In this document: positions 28,977 to 37,450 of the stretch, piece by piece
Position numbering within the stretch: position 1 is the stretch's first letter
Layout: each line of letters begins with the position of its first letter
Origin: an uncultured Candidatus Saccharibacteria bacterium
GTDB lineage: Bacteria; Patescibacteriota; Minisyncoccia; UBA6257; 2-01-FULL-56-20
Length of the DNA: 64,000 bases
Direction: 5' to 3'
NCBI GenBank assembly: GCA_964484655.1
Contig: CAZAFA010000002.1
Span: forward strand, 24,130-88,129
Made by a program: the position numbers and the translations under genes
The notes under the pieces: model-generated
Told to the model about the DNA's origin: nothing
Seen by the model: the letters and a program-made list of their open reading frames with translations, nothing else
Databases searched by the model: none

Positions 28977-29720
28977 CTAGAAGTCGGCCTTCACGCGGAC
29001 CGTCGCGGCGGTCACCAGGTTATGGAGCGAGTTCCAGAGGCCCTGGATGCGCACCTTGGTGCCGACGACGAGGTTCGAGAAGGTTCCGGCGTCGCCGTCG
29101 CGGTCCGAGATCGTGGTCGATGCGTTGACCGCGACCGTCACGTCGCCCTGATGCTTGGTGCTCACGGTGACGGTGTCGGCCGCGTCATCGACCGCGGTGA
29201 CCGTGCCCTTTACCTGGGCGTAGTCCGCGTCGACGACGAGCACGAAGCTGGCGTCTATGGTCCGGGCAGGACCCTCGTTATCCGTGACGTTGCCCGCTAC
29301 CGCGATGCGGTCCCCCGCCTCGATGGTGCGGTCGCCCCGGTAGGCGAAGGTCGTGTTGCTGTCCGTGTCGATGGTCCAGGTGATGCTCGGATCCTTCTTC
29401 GACGTGGCCGTGATGACGCTGCCGTCGACGGCGGTCACCGTGCCGAGGCCGAAGGTCAGGCCGATGCGGTCATCGAGCTTGCGGTCCTGGCGATCCATGC
29501 GGTCCTCCCGCTTCTGGTCGTCACCGCCCTTCCGGTCATCGCCTTGATGACGCGAGAAGAAGCCCTGGAGCGCGCCCCCGAGGCCGAGGTTCGCGTCCCC
29601 CTGTACGCGAGCGTCTGCCTTCGCCGAGGCGTCGATGCCGAATGCGTGCGCCGCCGAAACCGAGGTTCCCGCGATCGCGAGCGCGATGAATGCGCCGAGT
29701 AGTGCTTTCTGCTTGTTCAT
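28977..29720 (-). CDS. secreted DUF5666-like repeat protein
   Basis: Signal peptide; two GTVTAVD...T.V...TT......G..V...G repeats. Confidence 0.75.
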   Translation of the reverse strand: MNKQKALLGAFIALAIAGTSVSAAHAFGIDASAKADARVQGDANLGLGGALQGFFSRHQGDDRKGGDDQKREDRMDRQDRKLDDRIGLTFGLGTVTAVDGSVITATSKKDPSITWTIDTDSNTTFAYRGDRTIEAGDRIAVAGNVTDNEGPARTIDASFVLVVDADYAQVKGTVTAVDDAADTVTVSTKHQGDVTVAVNASTTISDRDGDAGTFSNLVVGTKVRIQGLWNSLHNLVTAATVRVKADF

Positions 29721-29757
29721 TGCTGATGAGTGTCTTGGTGAACGACTCGCTATATAA

Positions 29758-29783
29758 GACGCATCCTCCGCGAGCGCCTTACA
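29758..29783 (-). promoter_or_regulatory. putative ECF-type promoter
   Basis: TGTAAG-N16-CGTC about 40 nt upstream of the ATG. Confidence 0.45.
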
Positions 29784-29861
29784 TCCGTTGACTCATCGCG
29801 ACGCATGTCGCATAGTGCGGTGCAACTTGATCACTGAATAGAAGGAGGAGGAGTATCGCCT

Positions 29862-30143
29862 ATGTCCGATACCGAAACTGAAACGCAGCCGTTCAACCGG
29901 CGTCATCCCGAGCTCCGCGACGGAGAGCGCTGGCTCGGCAACTATCCGCTCTCCCAGGTCCCTTACCTCCCGCATAGCACCAAGCGCCGCGGGCAGGTCG
30001 CCTACGACCGCGAAGGCACGCCGCTCACCGAGTCCGTCGGGAGCAACATGAGCCGCTTCGTCCCGGTCTTCGTCAGCCTCGACGAGATCGTGAAGAAGCA
30101 ACGTGCGAGGCGCCGTCCCAGCGTCGCAGGAGGCGTGGTATGA
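29862..30143 (+). CDS. small hypothetical protein (paralog A)
   Basis: AAGGAGGAGG SD; similar to the next gene. Confidence 0.75.
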   Translation: MSDTETETQPFNRRHPELRDGERWLGNYPLSQVPYLPHSTKRRGQVAYDREGTPLTESVGSNMSRFVPVFVSLDEIVKKQRARRRPSVAGGVV

Positions 30144-30397
30144 CCATGACCCTGGAGCGTCATCCCGAGGAAGGGGCTGACGAGCGCTGCATCGGCAACT
30201 TCCTGCCGGACGAGCTGCCGCAGCTCGAGCAGAGGTACGGCGCCTTGCGCGTCGGCGAGGTCCCCTACGACCACGATGGCGCGCCGAAGCGGGACTACGG
30301 ATCGCTGCGACCGGTGTTCGTGAACCGGTTCAAGCCGCCGCCGGTCGAGACGCGCGTCGCGACGATCAGGCAGAGGCCCTGGTGGAGCCGGAAATGA
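30140..30397 (+). CDS. small hypothetical protein (paralog B)
   Basis: ATGA overlap, AGGAGG SD, terminator follows. Confidence 0.75.
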   Translation: MTMTLERHPEEGADERCIGNFLPDELPQLEQRYGALRVGEVPYDHDGAPKRDYGSLRPVFVNRFKPPPVETRVATIRQRPWWSRK

Positions 30398-30470
30398 GGA
30401 AAGCGGGACCTGCGGGTCCCGCTTCTGCATCTGCAGTGAAATATAAAAAGTAACCGGTACAATATCCTGC

Positions 30471-31058
30471 ATGGATTCCTCCCGCATGCGCTCCCTCGCG
30501 CTCATCGTCCACTGGCTGCCGCTCGCGGCGGCGATCGCGCTCATGGGCGGCATGGCGATCGCCATGGCCCAGCAGGCGCTCCGCGCGCAGCTCAACGACC
30601 CGCAGATACAGATGGTCGCCGACGCGCAGGCGCTCCTCGAGAAGGGCGTCGCGCCCCAGCAGGTCGCGACCCCGACGACGCCCGTCCCGCTGGACGCGGC
30701 GCACAGCTTCGCCCCCTTCCTCGCCGTCTACGACGCCCAGGGAACGCCGCTCGCCTGGAGCGGCACCATCAACGGGCAGGCGCCGAAGCCGCCCACGGAC
30801 GTGTTCGAGCGGGCCAAGGAGGCGGGCCGCAACCGCGTGACCTGGGAACCGGAGGAGAAGGTCCGCATCGCGCTGGTAGCGCGCCCGGTGAACAACGGGG
30901 AGCGCTACGTGGCCGCCGGCCGGAACATGGCCGAGGTGGAGGACCGGATCTGGCTGATGACCCGCATCGGGCTCTCCTCCGTGCTGCTGATCCTCCTGAT
31001 CACGCTCGTCCTCGAGGGCTTCGCGGACTGGTGGCGGCGGAAGGCCGTTGCCGCTTAA
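30471..31058 (+). CDS. membrane protein with sensor-like extracytoplasmic domain, no kinase
   Basis: TM - NDPQIQM...VTWEP...VAAGR - TM. Confidence 0.7.
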   Translation: MDSSRMRSLALIVHWLPLAAAIALMGGMAIAMAQQALRAQLNDPQIQMVADAQALLEKGVAPQQVATPTTPVPLDAAHSFAPFLAVYDAQGTPLAWSGTINGQAPKPPTDVFERAKEAGRNRVTWEPEEKVRIALVARPVNNGERYVAAGRNMAEVEDRIWLMTRIGLSSVLLILLITLVLEGFADWWRRKAVAA

Positions 31059-31172
31059 CGAACGAACGGAAGGGCCGCGCGAGTCGCGGCTTTTTCGTTG
31101 ACTATTTCTCAGAAACCCTTATAAGTTTGCTTACGCTTCTTGATAAAAACGTAATAAGGAGAACGAAGGCCC

Positions 31173-31943
31173 ATGCTGGACAGTCTGAACGGCGCCTCCG
31201 GCCTGCTGGAGGGAACTGAGACGACGGATCCGCCGAAACACGACTATGCACTCGCGAAACGCGCGGGCATGGGCGACGAATCGGCGTTCACGACGCTCTA
31301 TACGCGATACCGTTCGCGCACGCTGAACGTGGTTTCACGGATCGTGGAGCCCGCGGACAGCGAGGACGTGAACCAGGAGGTATGGATCCAGGTATTCAGG
31401 AAGATCGGCTCCTTCAAGGGAGATTCGGCCTTCACGACCTGGCTGCACCGCCTGTCGGTCAACACGGCGCTCATGCACCTGCGGAAACGCACGGTGAAGC
31501 TTGAGCATGTCACCGACGACGAGGAATTCCCCGTCGTCGTGGTCCCGGGAACGGAACGTCCGTCCCGGATGAGGATCGTGGATAAGATCGCGATCGACGA
31601 GGCCTGGGAGTATCTCCCCGCGGGATACAAGCAGGTCCTCTACTACCATGACGTCCTCGGCTACGAGCACGAGGAGGTGGCGGTCATCATGGGATGCTCG
31701 GTAGGGACCTCTAAGTCCCAGCTGCACAAGGCACGCCTCAAGATGGGACGGATACTGCGCCGGAAGAAGCTGAACGCGCACGATTCGAACAACGTCATCG
31801 AGGCCCGATGGAACGCCAGGCTCGGCATAGAGCTGCCGGCGATCAGCATCGGGGAATGGAGGCGCGGCATCGAGGATGCGGCGGAGGAAGAGGCTGAGAC
31901 GGTCGAGGACGACTTCGACATAGGGGAGGAATGGAGCTTATGA
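31173..31943 (+). CDS. ECF sigma factor (RpoE-like) with acidic C-terminal tail
   Basis: QEVWIQVFRKIGSFKGDSAFTTWLHRL; GYEHEEVA..MGCSVGTSKSQLHKAR. Confidence 0.9.
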   Translation: MLDSLNGASGLLEGTETTDPPKHDYALAKRAGMGDESAFTTLYTRYRSRTLNVVSRIVEPADSEDVNQEVWIQVFRKIGSFKGDSAFTTWLHRLSVNTALMHLRKRTVKLEHVTDDEEFPVVVVPGTERPSRMRIVDKIAIDEAWEYLPAGYKQVLYYHDVLGYEHEEVAVIMGCSVGTSKSQLHKARLKMGRILRRKKLNAHDSNNVIEARWNARLGIELPAISIGEWRRGIEDAAEEEAETVEDDFDIGEEWSL

Positions 31944-32857
31944 GAGATGCTCTCGAAAAAACGGGAACGTCGCTCCCGGTCGCGACGAACGGCACGCAGC
32001 AGGAGGAGAAGGTCATCTGGGTCAGGCGCGACCGCCTGGCTCCCGACCCCCGCCAGCCGCGCAACTGGTTCGACGAAGCCAAGCTCGAGGAACTCGCCAA
32101 GAGCATCGGAGCCGTCGGACAGCGGGTGGCCATCATCGTGGTCGCCCACCCCGAGGAGCCTGATCGCTACCTCATTGTCGACGGCGAACGCCGCTGGCGC
32201 GCCTGCGAGATCGCGGGCGTCATGATGATGAAGGCGGTCGTCTCCCAGGAGACGGACGAGCGCGAGCTCTTCAAGCAGTCCGCGATCGCGAACTTCTCGC
32301 GGGAGGGTCACACCACCCTCGAGATCATGCACGCGATCGCCCGCATCAAGCAGGACTTCCCGGATCTCAAGAATCACGAGATCGCGGCGATGTTCGGCAA
32401 GTCCCTCGGCTGGGTGCAGAACCACCTTGCGCTGCTGCGGCTCCCGCGGGAGGTCCAGGACCTGATGCATCCCTCGCGACCGAAGGAACAGCGGCTGGTG
32501 TTTTCCGTTGCCCTGCAGCTCGTCCCGCTCTCCGAGCAGGATCAGCTGCGATTCGCCCGCGAGTACTGCTCCGGCAGGAGGAGCGCGAAAAGCACCGCGG
32601 TGGACATCACGCGCCACCGGCTGACCAGCGGCGGCGTCACGGTGAAGAAGCCGAAGAAGTCGCATGCGCGGCAGAAGATCACCAACTTCACCAAGCGCAT
32701 CCAGGAGGACACGGAGCTCATCGCCCTGATGGATCCGGAGACCTTCCAAGTCGCCTTCGCGGGACGGAACAGGCAGGAGGTCAAGGAAGCCCTCCGCAAC
32801 CTCGAGGATGCGGAGCGGAACATCGCCAAGATCAAACGCTTGCTCGGGAAGTCATAA
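31940..32857 (+). CDS. ParB-like CTPase/HTH protein (no adjacent ParA)
   Basis: DPRQPRNWFD, IVDGERRWRA, HTH HEIAAMFGKSLGWV; ATGA-coupled to the sigma gene. Confidence 0.88.
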   Translation: MRDALEKTGTSLPVATNGTQQEEKVIWVRRDRLAPDPRQPRNWFDEAKLEELAKSIGAVGQRVAIIVVAHPEEPDRYLIVDGERRWRACEIAGVMMMKAVVSQETDERELFKQSAIANFSREGHTTLEIMHAIARIKQDFPDLKNHEIAAMFGKSLGWVQNHLALLRLPREVQDLMHPSRPKEQRLVFSVALQLVPLSEQDQLRFAREYCSGRRSAKSTAVDITRHRLTSGGVTVKKPKKSHARQKITNFTKRIQEDTELIALMDPETFQVAFAGRNRQEVKEALRNLEDAERNIAKIKRLLGKS

Positions 32858-32884
32858 AAAGCGGGACCTTCGGGTCCCGCTTTT
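32857..32884. terminator. bidirectional terminator
   Basis: AAAAGCGGGACC-TTCG-GGTCCCGCTTTT. Confidence 0.8.
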
Positions 32885-32987
32885 GCATGCCAGTCGCTAG
32901 CTGCTCCGCTTCCCGTGCCTTCGCTTGAGACGTAGCTGGAGATGGCATGAGATTTCCTACTTTAACCCTTACAACTCCCTAATCAAA

Positions 32988-35210
32988 CTAATCAAGTCCT
33001 AATACAGCTCTAAACCATCTAATTGCACCAATGCCATGATGATTAATAATTTCTAGCGTTGTGGAATCGGCAACGCGGTTATGGACACGATTATTTCTGT
33101 ATTCAATAAGTTCCACAAAACTCTTTTCAAGCCTGGGCTTATGCCTAAATTTTGGCTTGAACGCATCCCAATTCTGAGCTTTTAAGATAATGTCTTTGTA
33201 GTGGTTGAGGGACAAAAAGCGAACTAAGGCTTCCCCTTGCTGAAACTCTTCCTGAGTTTTAAATGGATACCTTTCCAATTCAGAATCCACCATACCGGCA
33301 ACTTGCTCCTTGATATACTGAGGAATCACTCCGTCACGATTCCAGTAATTAGCACCATACTTTGTCAGCAGCTCAGTATGAATGAGGTCCCTAAGTGCGC
33401 TTTCGATTTCTTCAATGGACTGAATGCCGATCTCTTCAACTTCATTCGAATCCTCTTCTCCCGTTTCATCATTAGAAAGAATCTCTGGATTAAAATCAGG
33501 CTTTACCTTATTGATCTCTAGACAAAGCATTGCAGCAACCTTTACATAACCAGCTTCACTCGATGCACTTTTCATCTCTTTAAGTTGTTCATCATCAAGG
33601 CTAGTCAGATGCGCAGTAAGAGGCTTTGTATATTCGGTAAGCTTAAGTCGATAAATTTTCAAATCCTGCACGATGTTTCGATCACTCCGACGAAAATCTA
33701 AAAGTATATGTTTGAAAACTAATAAGAGGACCGCTATACCGAAATTAGAACGTACGAAGCCTTTTTCGCCATTATTCCAATCCTTTAAACATTCATCCTT
33801 AATTGCTTGGAAAAATATATCCAGCCTCTCAACTGCGAAATCAACGGTATCTTCTTCTGTCTCATGGAAAAGCTCGCCAGGCCTCCTTCCGGCTTTTAGA
33901 AAATTTCCCTTCTTTAAACGATTGCAAAGAGTATAAAGACTGATATTTGACTGCGTGTCTTTCTCATTAACACTCGGAACATAAATATGATTTTCCAATG
34001 CGCCATTCCTCTTTGCGTTGAGCCCTTTACCGACACGGCTGATTAAGCAAAGAAGCCGATTTTTATCTTCTTTAGAGCCATAGTAGATATCGCTATACAA
34101 ATCCCATAGCAAATTTGCATCGACCTTCTTCTGGTGCTCATTGATATCGATGAATAACTTACCCTGACGATCTGCAGGAAGTCCCTCGTAGGCAAAAACA
34201 GGAATCAATGCAGTCGTTCCCTCTGGGATGCCTGCATAACTCAATAAGCGATGCTGACCATCAATAATCCACGCAGCTTTATAAGAACGAGGGAAAGTAA
34301 GATCGCCATATTCAATTCCTTCAAGAGTAGAAATTACTTTAAAACGAGGCGGCTTACTGAAATTGACGATAACATTATTAGCAAAGCTGCCTCTATGATT
34401 TTGAATATATTCCCTGATATCGGCGACACGTCCTTTATTCACCATCCTTTGATATGGATTTTCAGAACCATTTAGTAGATTGCCCTGATTGAGCTTTCTA
34501 TGATGAACATAACTGATCTTAATCAGATCCTTCGGATAGCAAACAAATGAATAGCCTGTTAGTCCATTTGGGTCAGTTACTCTTATAGCGGGGACATGTG
34601 GAGGATAATCTGGCACCTCCTCATCAAAGAAAGTCTCAGCGCAAACTTGATAAAAAGCATCTTTCCCAAGGCGGCCGAATAAATCTTCAAAGTATGAAAT
34701 ATAAAACGAGTTCCAAATAGAAACTCTCTTTTCAGAAGCTAAAACTAAATCAGACTCTGAAGGGTCAATGTTATTGAGAGCCAAGATGTATTTAACCGAT
34801 GTACTCTCTCCAAAAAGTTTCTGGAAAACAGGAGTTAGTTTTCGCGAATAATCATTAATTTCCCGGATATCCTGAGCAACTGTTCTCCGGGATCGCTCCT
34901 CAGCATGCTTACATTCGATGACAAATATAGTCTTCCCAAAGCGGGCAATTACATCGATTTGCTTACTCTCGCCATTGTTATCAAGCAAGACCCTAGATGC
35001 TTGACTATCCCGATTTAAGTTGTGGGCACCGAGACTCCACATCAAATTCCAAATCCTATCCTCAAAAACTTCTGACGCGGCTTTATCGGAGTTTTTAATT
35101 TTTCTCCTTTCTATTTCTGTATTAAAAAAAGGATCGGACTCATCAACACGTAATAAAATATTTTGAATCCGCTCGAGTGGAGTTTCCGAAACCGAATCCT
35201 TCTTGGGCAT
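32988..35210 (-). CDS. PD-(D/E)xK nuclease - DGQHR (DndB-like) - HEPN fusion protein
   Basis: FE...QIDVIA...VIECK; YQR; IIDGQHRL; LFIDIN; C-terminal RNNRVH (Rx4H); markedly AT-rich. Confidence 0.85.
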   Translation of the reverse strand: MPKKDSVSETPLERIQNILLRVDESDPFFNTEIERRKIKNSDKAASEVFEDRIWNLMWSLGAHNLNRDSQASRVLLDNNGESKQIDVIARFGKTIFVIECKHAEERSRRTVAQDIREINDYSRKLTPVFQKLFGESTSVKYILALNNIDPSESDLVLASEKRVSIWNSFYISYFEDLFGRLGKDAFYQVCAETFFDEEVPDYPPHVPAIRVTDPNGLTGYSFVCYPKDLIKISYVHHRKLNQGNLLNGSENPYQRMVNKGRVADIREYIQNHRGSFANNVIVNFSKPPRFKVISTLEGIEYGDLTFPRSYKAAWIIDGQHRLLSYAGIPEGTTALIPVFAYEGLPADRQGKLFIDINEHQKKVDANLLWDLYSDIYYGSKEDKNRLLCLISRVGKGLNAKRNGALENHIYVPSVNEKDTQSNISLYTLCNRLKKGNFLKAGRRPGELFHETEEDTVDFAVERLDIFFQAIKDECLKDWNNGEKGFVRSNFGIAVLLLVFKHILLDFRRSDRNIVQDLKIYRLKLTEYTKPLTAHLTSLDDEQLKEMKSASSEAGYVKVAAMLCLEINKVKPDFNPEILSNDETGEEDSNEVEEIGIQSIEEIESALRDLIHTELLTKYGANYWNRDGVIPQYIKEQVAGMVDSELERYPFKTQEEFQQGEALVRFLSLNHYKDIILKAQNWDAFKPKFRHKPRLEKSFVELIEYRNNRVHNRVADSTTLEIINHHGIGAIRWFRAVLGLD

Positions 35211-35285
35211 AGAAATATTGGATCACGTAAACACCTATCTAACAAGACGGCGAAATATCAATCCTTACCCAGAATTGGGCGTTTG

Positions 35286-35372
35286 CGGAGAGGCAGGGAT
35301 TCGAACCCTGGGAGGGGTTCCCCCCTCAACATCTTAGCAGGATGCTCCATTCGACCGCTCTGGCACCTCTCC
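35286..35372 (-). tRNA. tRNA-Ser(GCT)
   Basis: GGAGAGG...CCTCTCC-G; anticodon loop CTGCTAA; long variable arm. Confidence 0.93.
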
Positions 35373-35451
35373 CGTTTTGCAGGGCAACAGTAGCGGTTCC
35401 CGACTAGGATTTCCAGGTCCGTTCCTAGGGAGACGGTGCTATGATTACCCC

Positions 35452-36024
35452 ATGAACACCACCCCCTTCTGGAAGCGCCCCTGGGTCATCGGCCTCGCCG
35501 TCCTGATCCTCATCGCCATCTGGCTCGTCAGCGCGTACAACGGCTTCGTCGCCAAGTCCGCGGCCGTAGAGGCCCAGTGGGCCCAGGTCGAGACCCAGTA
35601 TCAGCGCCGCTTCGACCTCATCCCGAACCTCGTGAGCTCCGTCCAGGGCATCATGGAGCAGGAGCAGGACGTCTTTAAGAGCCTCGCGGACGCCCGCACC
35701 CGGTACTCGGGCGCCGGCACCGTGGACGAGAAGGCGCAGGCCGCCACCCAGGTGGACAGCGCGCTCGCCCGCCTGCTCGTCGTGGTGGAGAACTACCCGC
35801 AGCTCCGCTCCTCCGAGTCCGTGCAGCAGCTCATGGACCAGCTCGAGGGCACCGAAAACCGGATCAGCGTGGAGCGCAACCGCTTCAACGAGAACGTCCA
35901 GGCATACAACGTCGCCGTCACGCGTTTCCCGGGCAACATCAGCTCGCGCATCTTCGGCTTCGCCCCGCACGCGTACTACCGCGCCGCCGAGGGCGCGGAC
36001 GTCGTGCCGCAGGTAGAGCTCTAA
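35452..36024 (+). CDS. lemA: LemA family protein
   Basis: YQRRFDLIPNLV, ENYPQL, EGTENRI. Confidence 0.95.
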   Translation: MNTTPFWKRPWVIGLAVLILIAIWLVSAYNGFVAKSAAVEAQWAQVETQYQRRFDLIPNLVSSVQGIMEQEQDVFKSLADARTRYSGAGTVDEKAQAATQVDSALARLLVVVENYPQLRSSESVQQLMDQLEGTENRISVERNRFNENVQAYNVAVTRFPGNISSRIFGFAPHAYYRAAEGADVVPQVEL

Positions 36025-36075
36025 GCTCCCCTGCACGGCAGAAGGACCCGCATGCGCGGGTCCTTCTTCGTTCGT

Positions 36076-36357
36076 TCAAGCCTCCTTTTTCTTGGATTCT
36101 TCCCAGGCCGCGTAGCGGTCCGGGTGGCAGGTCGGGCAGATGCATTTGCCGAACCAGCAACGCTGGTGCTGGCCGTCCGCGCAGTAGCCGCAGGGAGCGG
36201 GTTCGCGCTCGGGACGGGCGCGCAGGCGGGATTGCTCCACGGACTCCTTGAGCGAGATGTCGCTCAGAAAACGCTGGGAGCGCACCGAGACCGGCGCGAC
36301 GGTCACGACATGCGAGCCGCGAGGGCTGAGGTCGCCGATGTTCTTCGAGATAGCCAT
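36076..36357 (-). CDS. small Cys/His-rich protein
   Basis: AAGGAG SD, TTGACG promoter, terminator; CGYC...HQRC...CICPTCH. Confidence 0.65.
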   Translation of the reverse strand: MAISKNIGDLSPRGSHVVTVAPVSVRSQRFLSDISLKESVEQSRLRARPEREPAPCGYCADGQHQRCWFGKCICPTCHPDRYAAWEESKKKEA

Positions 36358-36480
36358 ACAAGGGGTTCTCCTTCAGGGGTATAGGTTTGTACAAACAGCG
36401 TACGCAAAGCTCATTCTCCTCCGAATCGGGGAAGCGTCAAGGGCGTATCCCGGAGCGCCGCGCGGCGATACACTGATGCC

Positions 36481-37374
36481 ATGAACCGGCGCGCCGCCCT
36501 CGGCATCCTCGCGGGAGTCCTGCTCGCCGTGCCGGCCCACGCCGCGATCCTCGGCCTCCCGGACCGACCGGCGGGCTTCGTCACGGACCAGGCGGGACTC
36601 CTTACGGACGAGCAGCGCGCCTCGCTCGAGAGCACGCTCCGCTCCTTCAACGCGAGCACGAGCATCGAGATCGCCGTCGTCACGGTCCCCTCGCTCCAGG
36701 GCGGCGACATAGACGACTCCGCCGTGAAGCTCTTCGAGCAGTGGGCCATCGGGCAGAGCGAGACGGACCAGGGCGTCCTCTTCCTCGTCGCCAAGGAGGA
36801 CCGCGCGGCCCGCATCGAGGTCGGGTACGGCCTCGAGGGCGCGCTCACGGACGCGCAGGCCGGGCAGGTCCTCCGCCAGGACGTCTTCCCCGCCTTCCGC
36901 GAGGAACGATACGGGGACGGCATCCTGGCCGGCGTGGAGCGCATCATGCGCGTCACCCAGGGCGAGACACTCCCCGTCGAGGAGCAGGAGGCTGCGGATG
37001 CCGGCGGATGGCTCCCCTACGTCCTCTTCGGCGCGTTCTTCCTCTTCCAGGCTCTCGTGGCCGTCATGCGAAGCTCCAAGTCCTGGTGGCTCGGCGGCGT
37101 CCTCGGCGGCGTCGCGGGCCTAGCCGTGACGGCGTTGCACCTGTTCGGCATCGGCACCGTCGCCGGCCTTATCCTCACCGGCATCCTCGCGCTCGCAGGC
37201 CTTGTCCTGGACTTCGTGGTCTCCAAGTTCCCGATCCGGCCGGGAGGCGGGCACGGCGGGCCGTGGATCGGCCCCATGGGCGGCTTCGGAGGAGGAGGAG
37301 GAGGAGGCAGCGGAGGCTTCGGCGGGTTCGGCGGCGGGAGCAGCGGAGGCGGAGGCGCGAGCGGCCGCTGGTAG
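36481..37374 (+). CDS. TPM-domain protein (YgcG-like)
   Basis: VTDQAGLL, RIEVGYGLEG, C-terminal GGGSSGGGGASGRW. Confidence 0.93.
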   Translation: MNRRAALGILAGVLLAVPAHAAILGLPDRPAGFVTDQAGLLTDEQRASLESTLRSFNASTSIEIAVVTVPSLQGGDIDDSAVKLFEQWAIGQSETDQGVLFLVAKEDRAARIEVGYGLEGALTDAQAGQVLRQDVFPAFREERYGDGILAGVERIMRVTQGETLPVEEQEAADAGGWLPYVLFGAFFLFQALVAVMRSSKSWWLGGVLGGVAGLAVTALHLFGIGTVAGLILTGILALAGLVLDFVVSKFPIRPGGGHGGPWIGPMGGFGGGGGGGSGGFGGFGGGSSGGGGASGRW

Positions 37375-37450
37375 CGGGACCGGGACGGCGGTACGATTGG
37401 CCTTAGATTCGGAAAACCGAATATCCCTGGAATGCGGAGGAAAGGAACCA

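Noticed and set aside
32885-35290. Integrative element with att duplication at tRNA-Ser
   Set aside because: I found no repeated tRNA 3' end on the far side and no integrase, so only an AT-rich gene can be claimed.
37250-37374. (GGA)n / Gly-codon repeats
   Set aside because: Normal Gly-rich tail of TPM-domain proteins; not a contingency locus or array.
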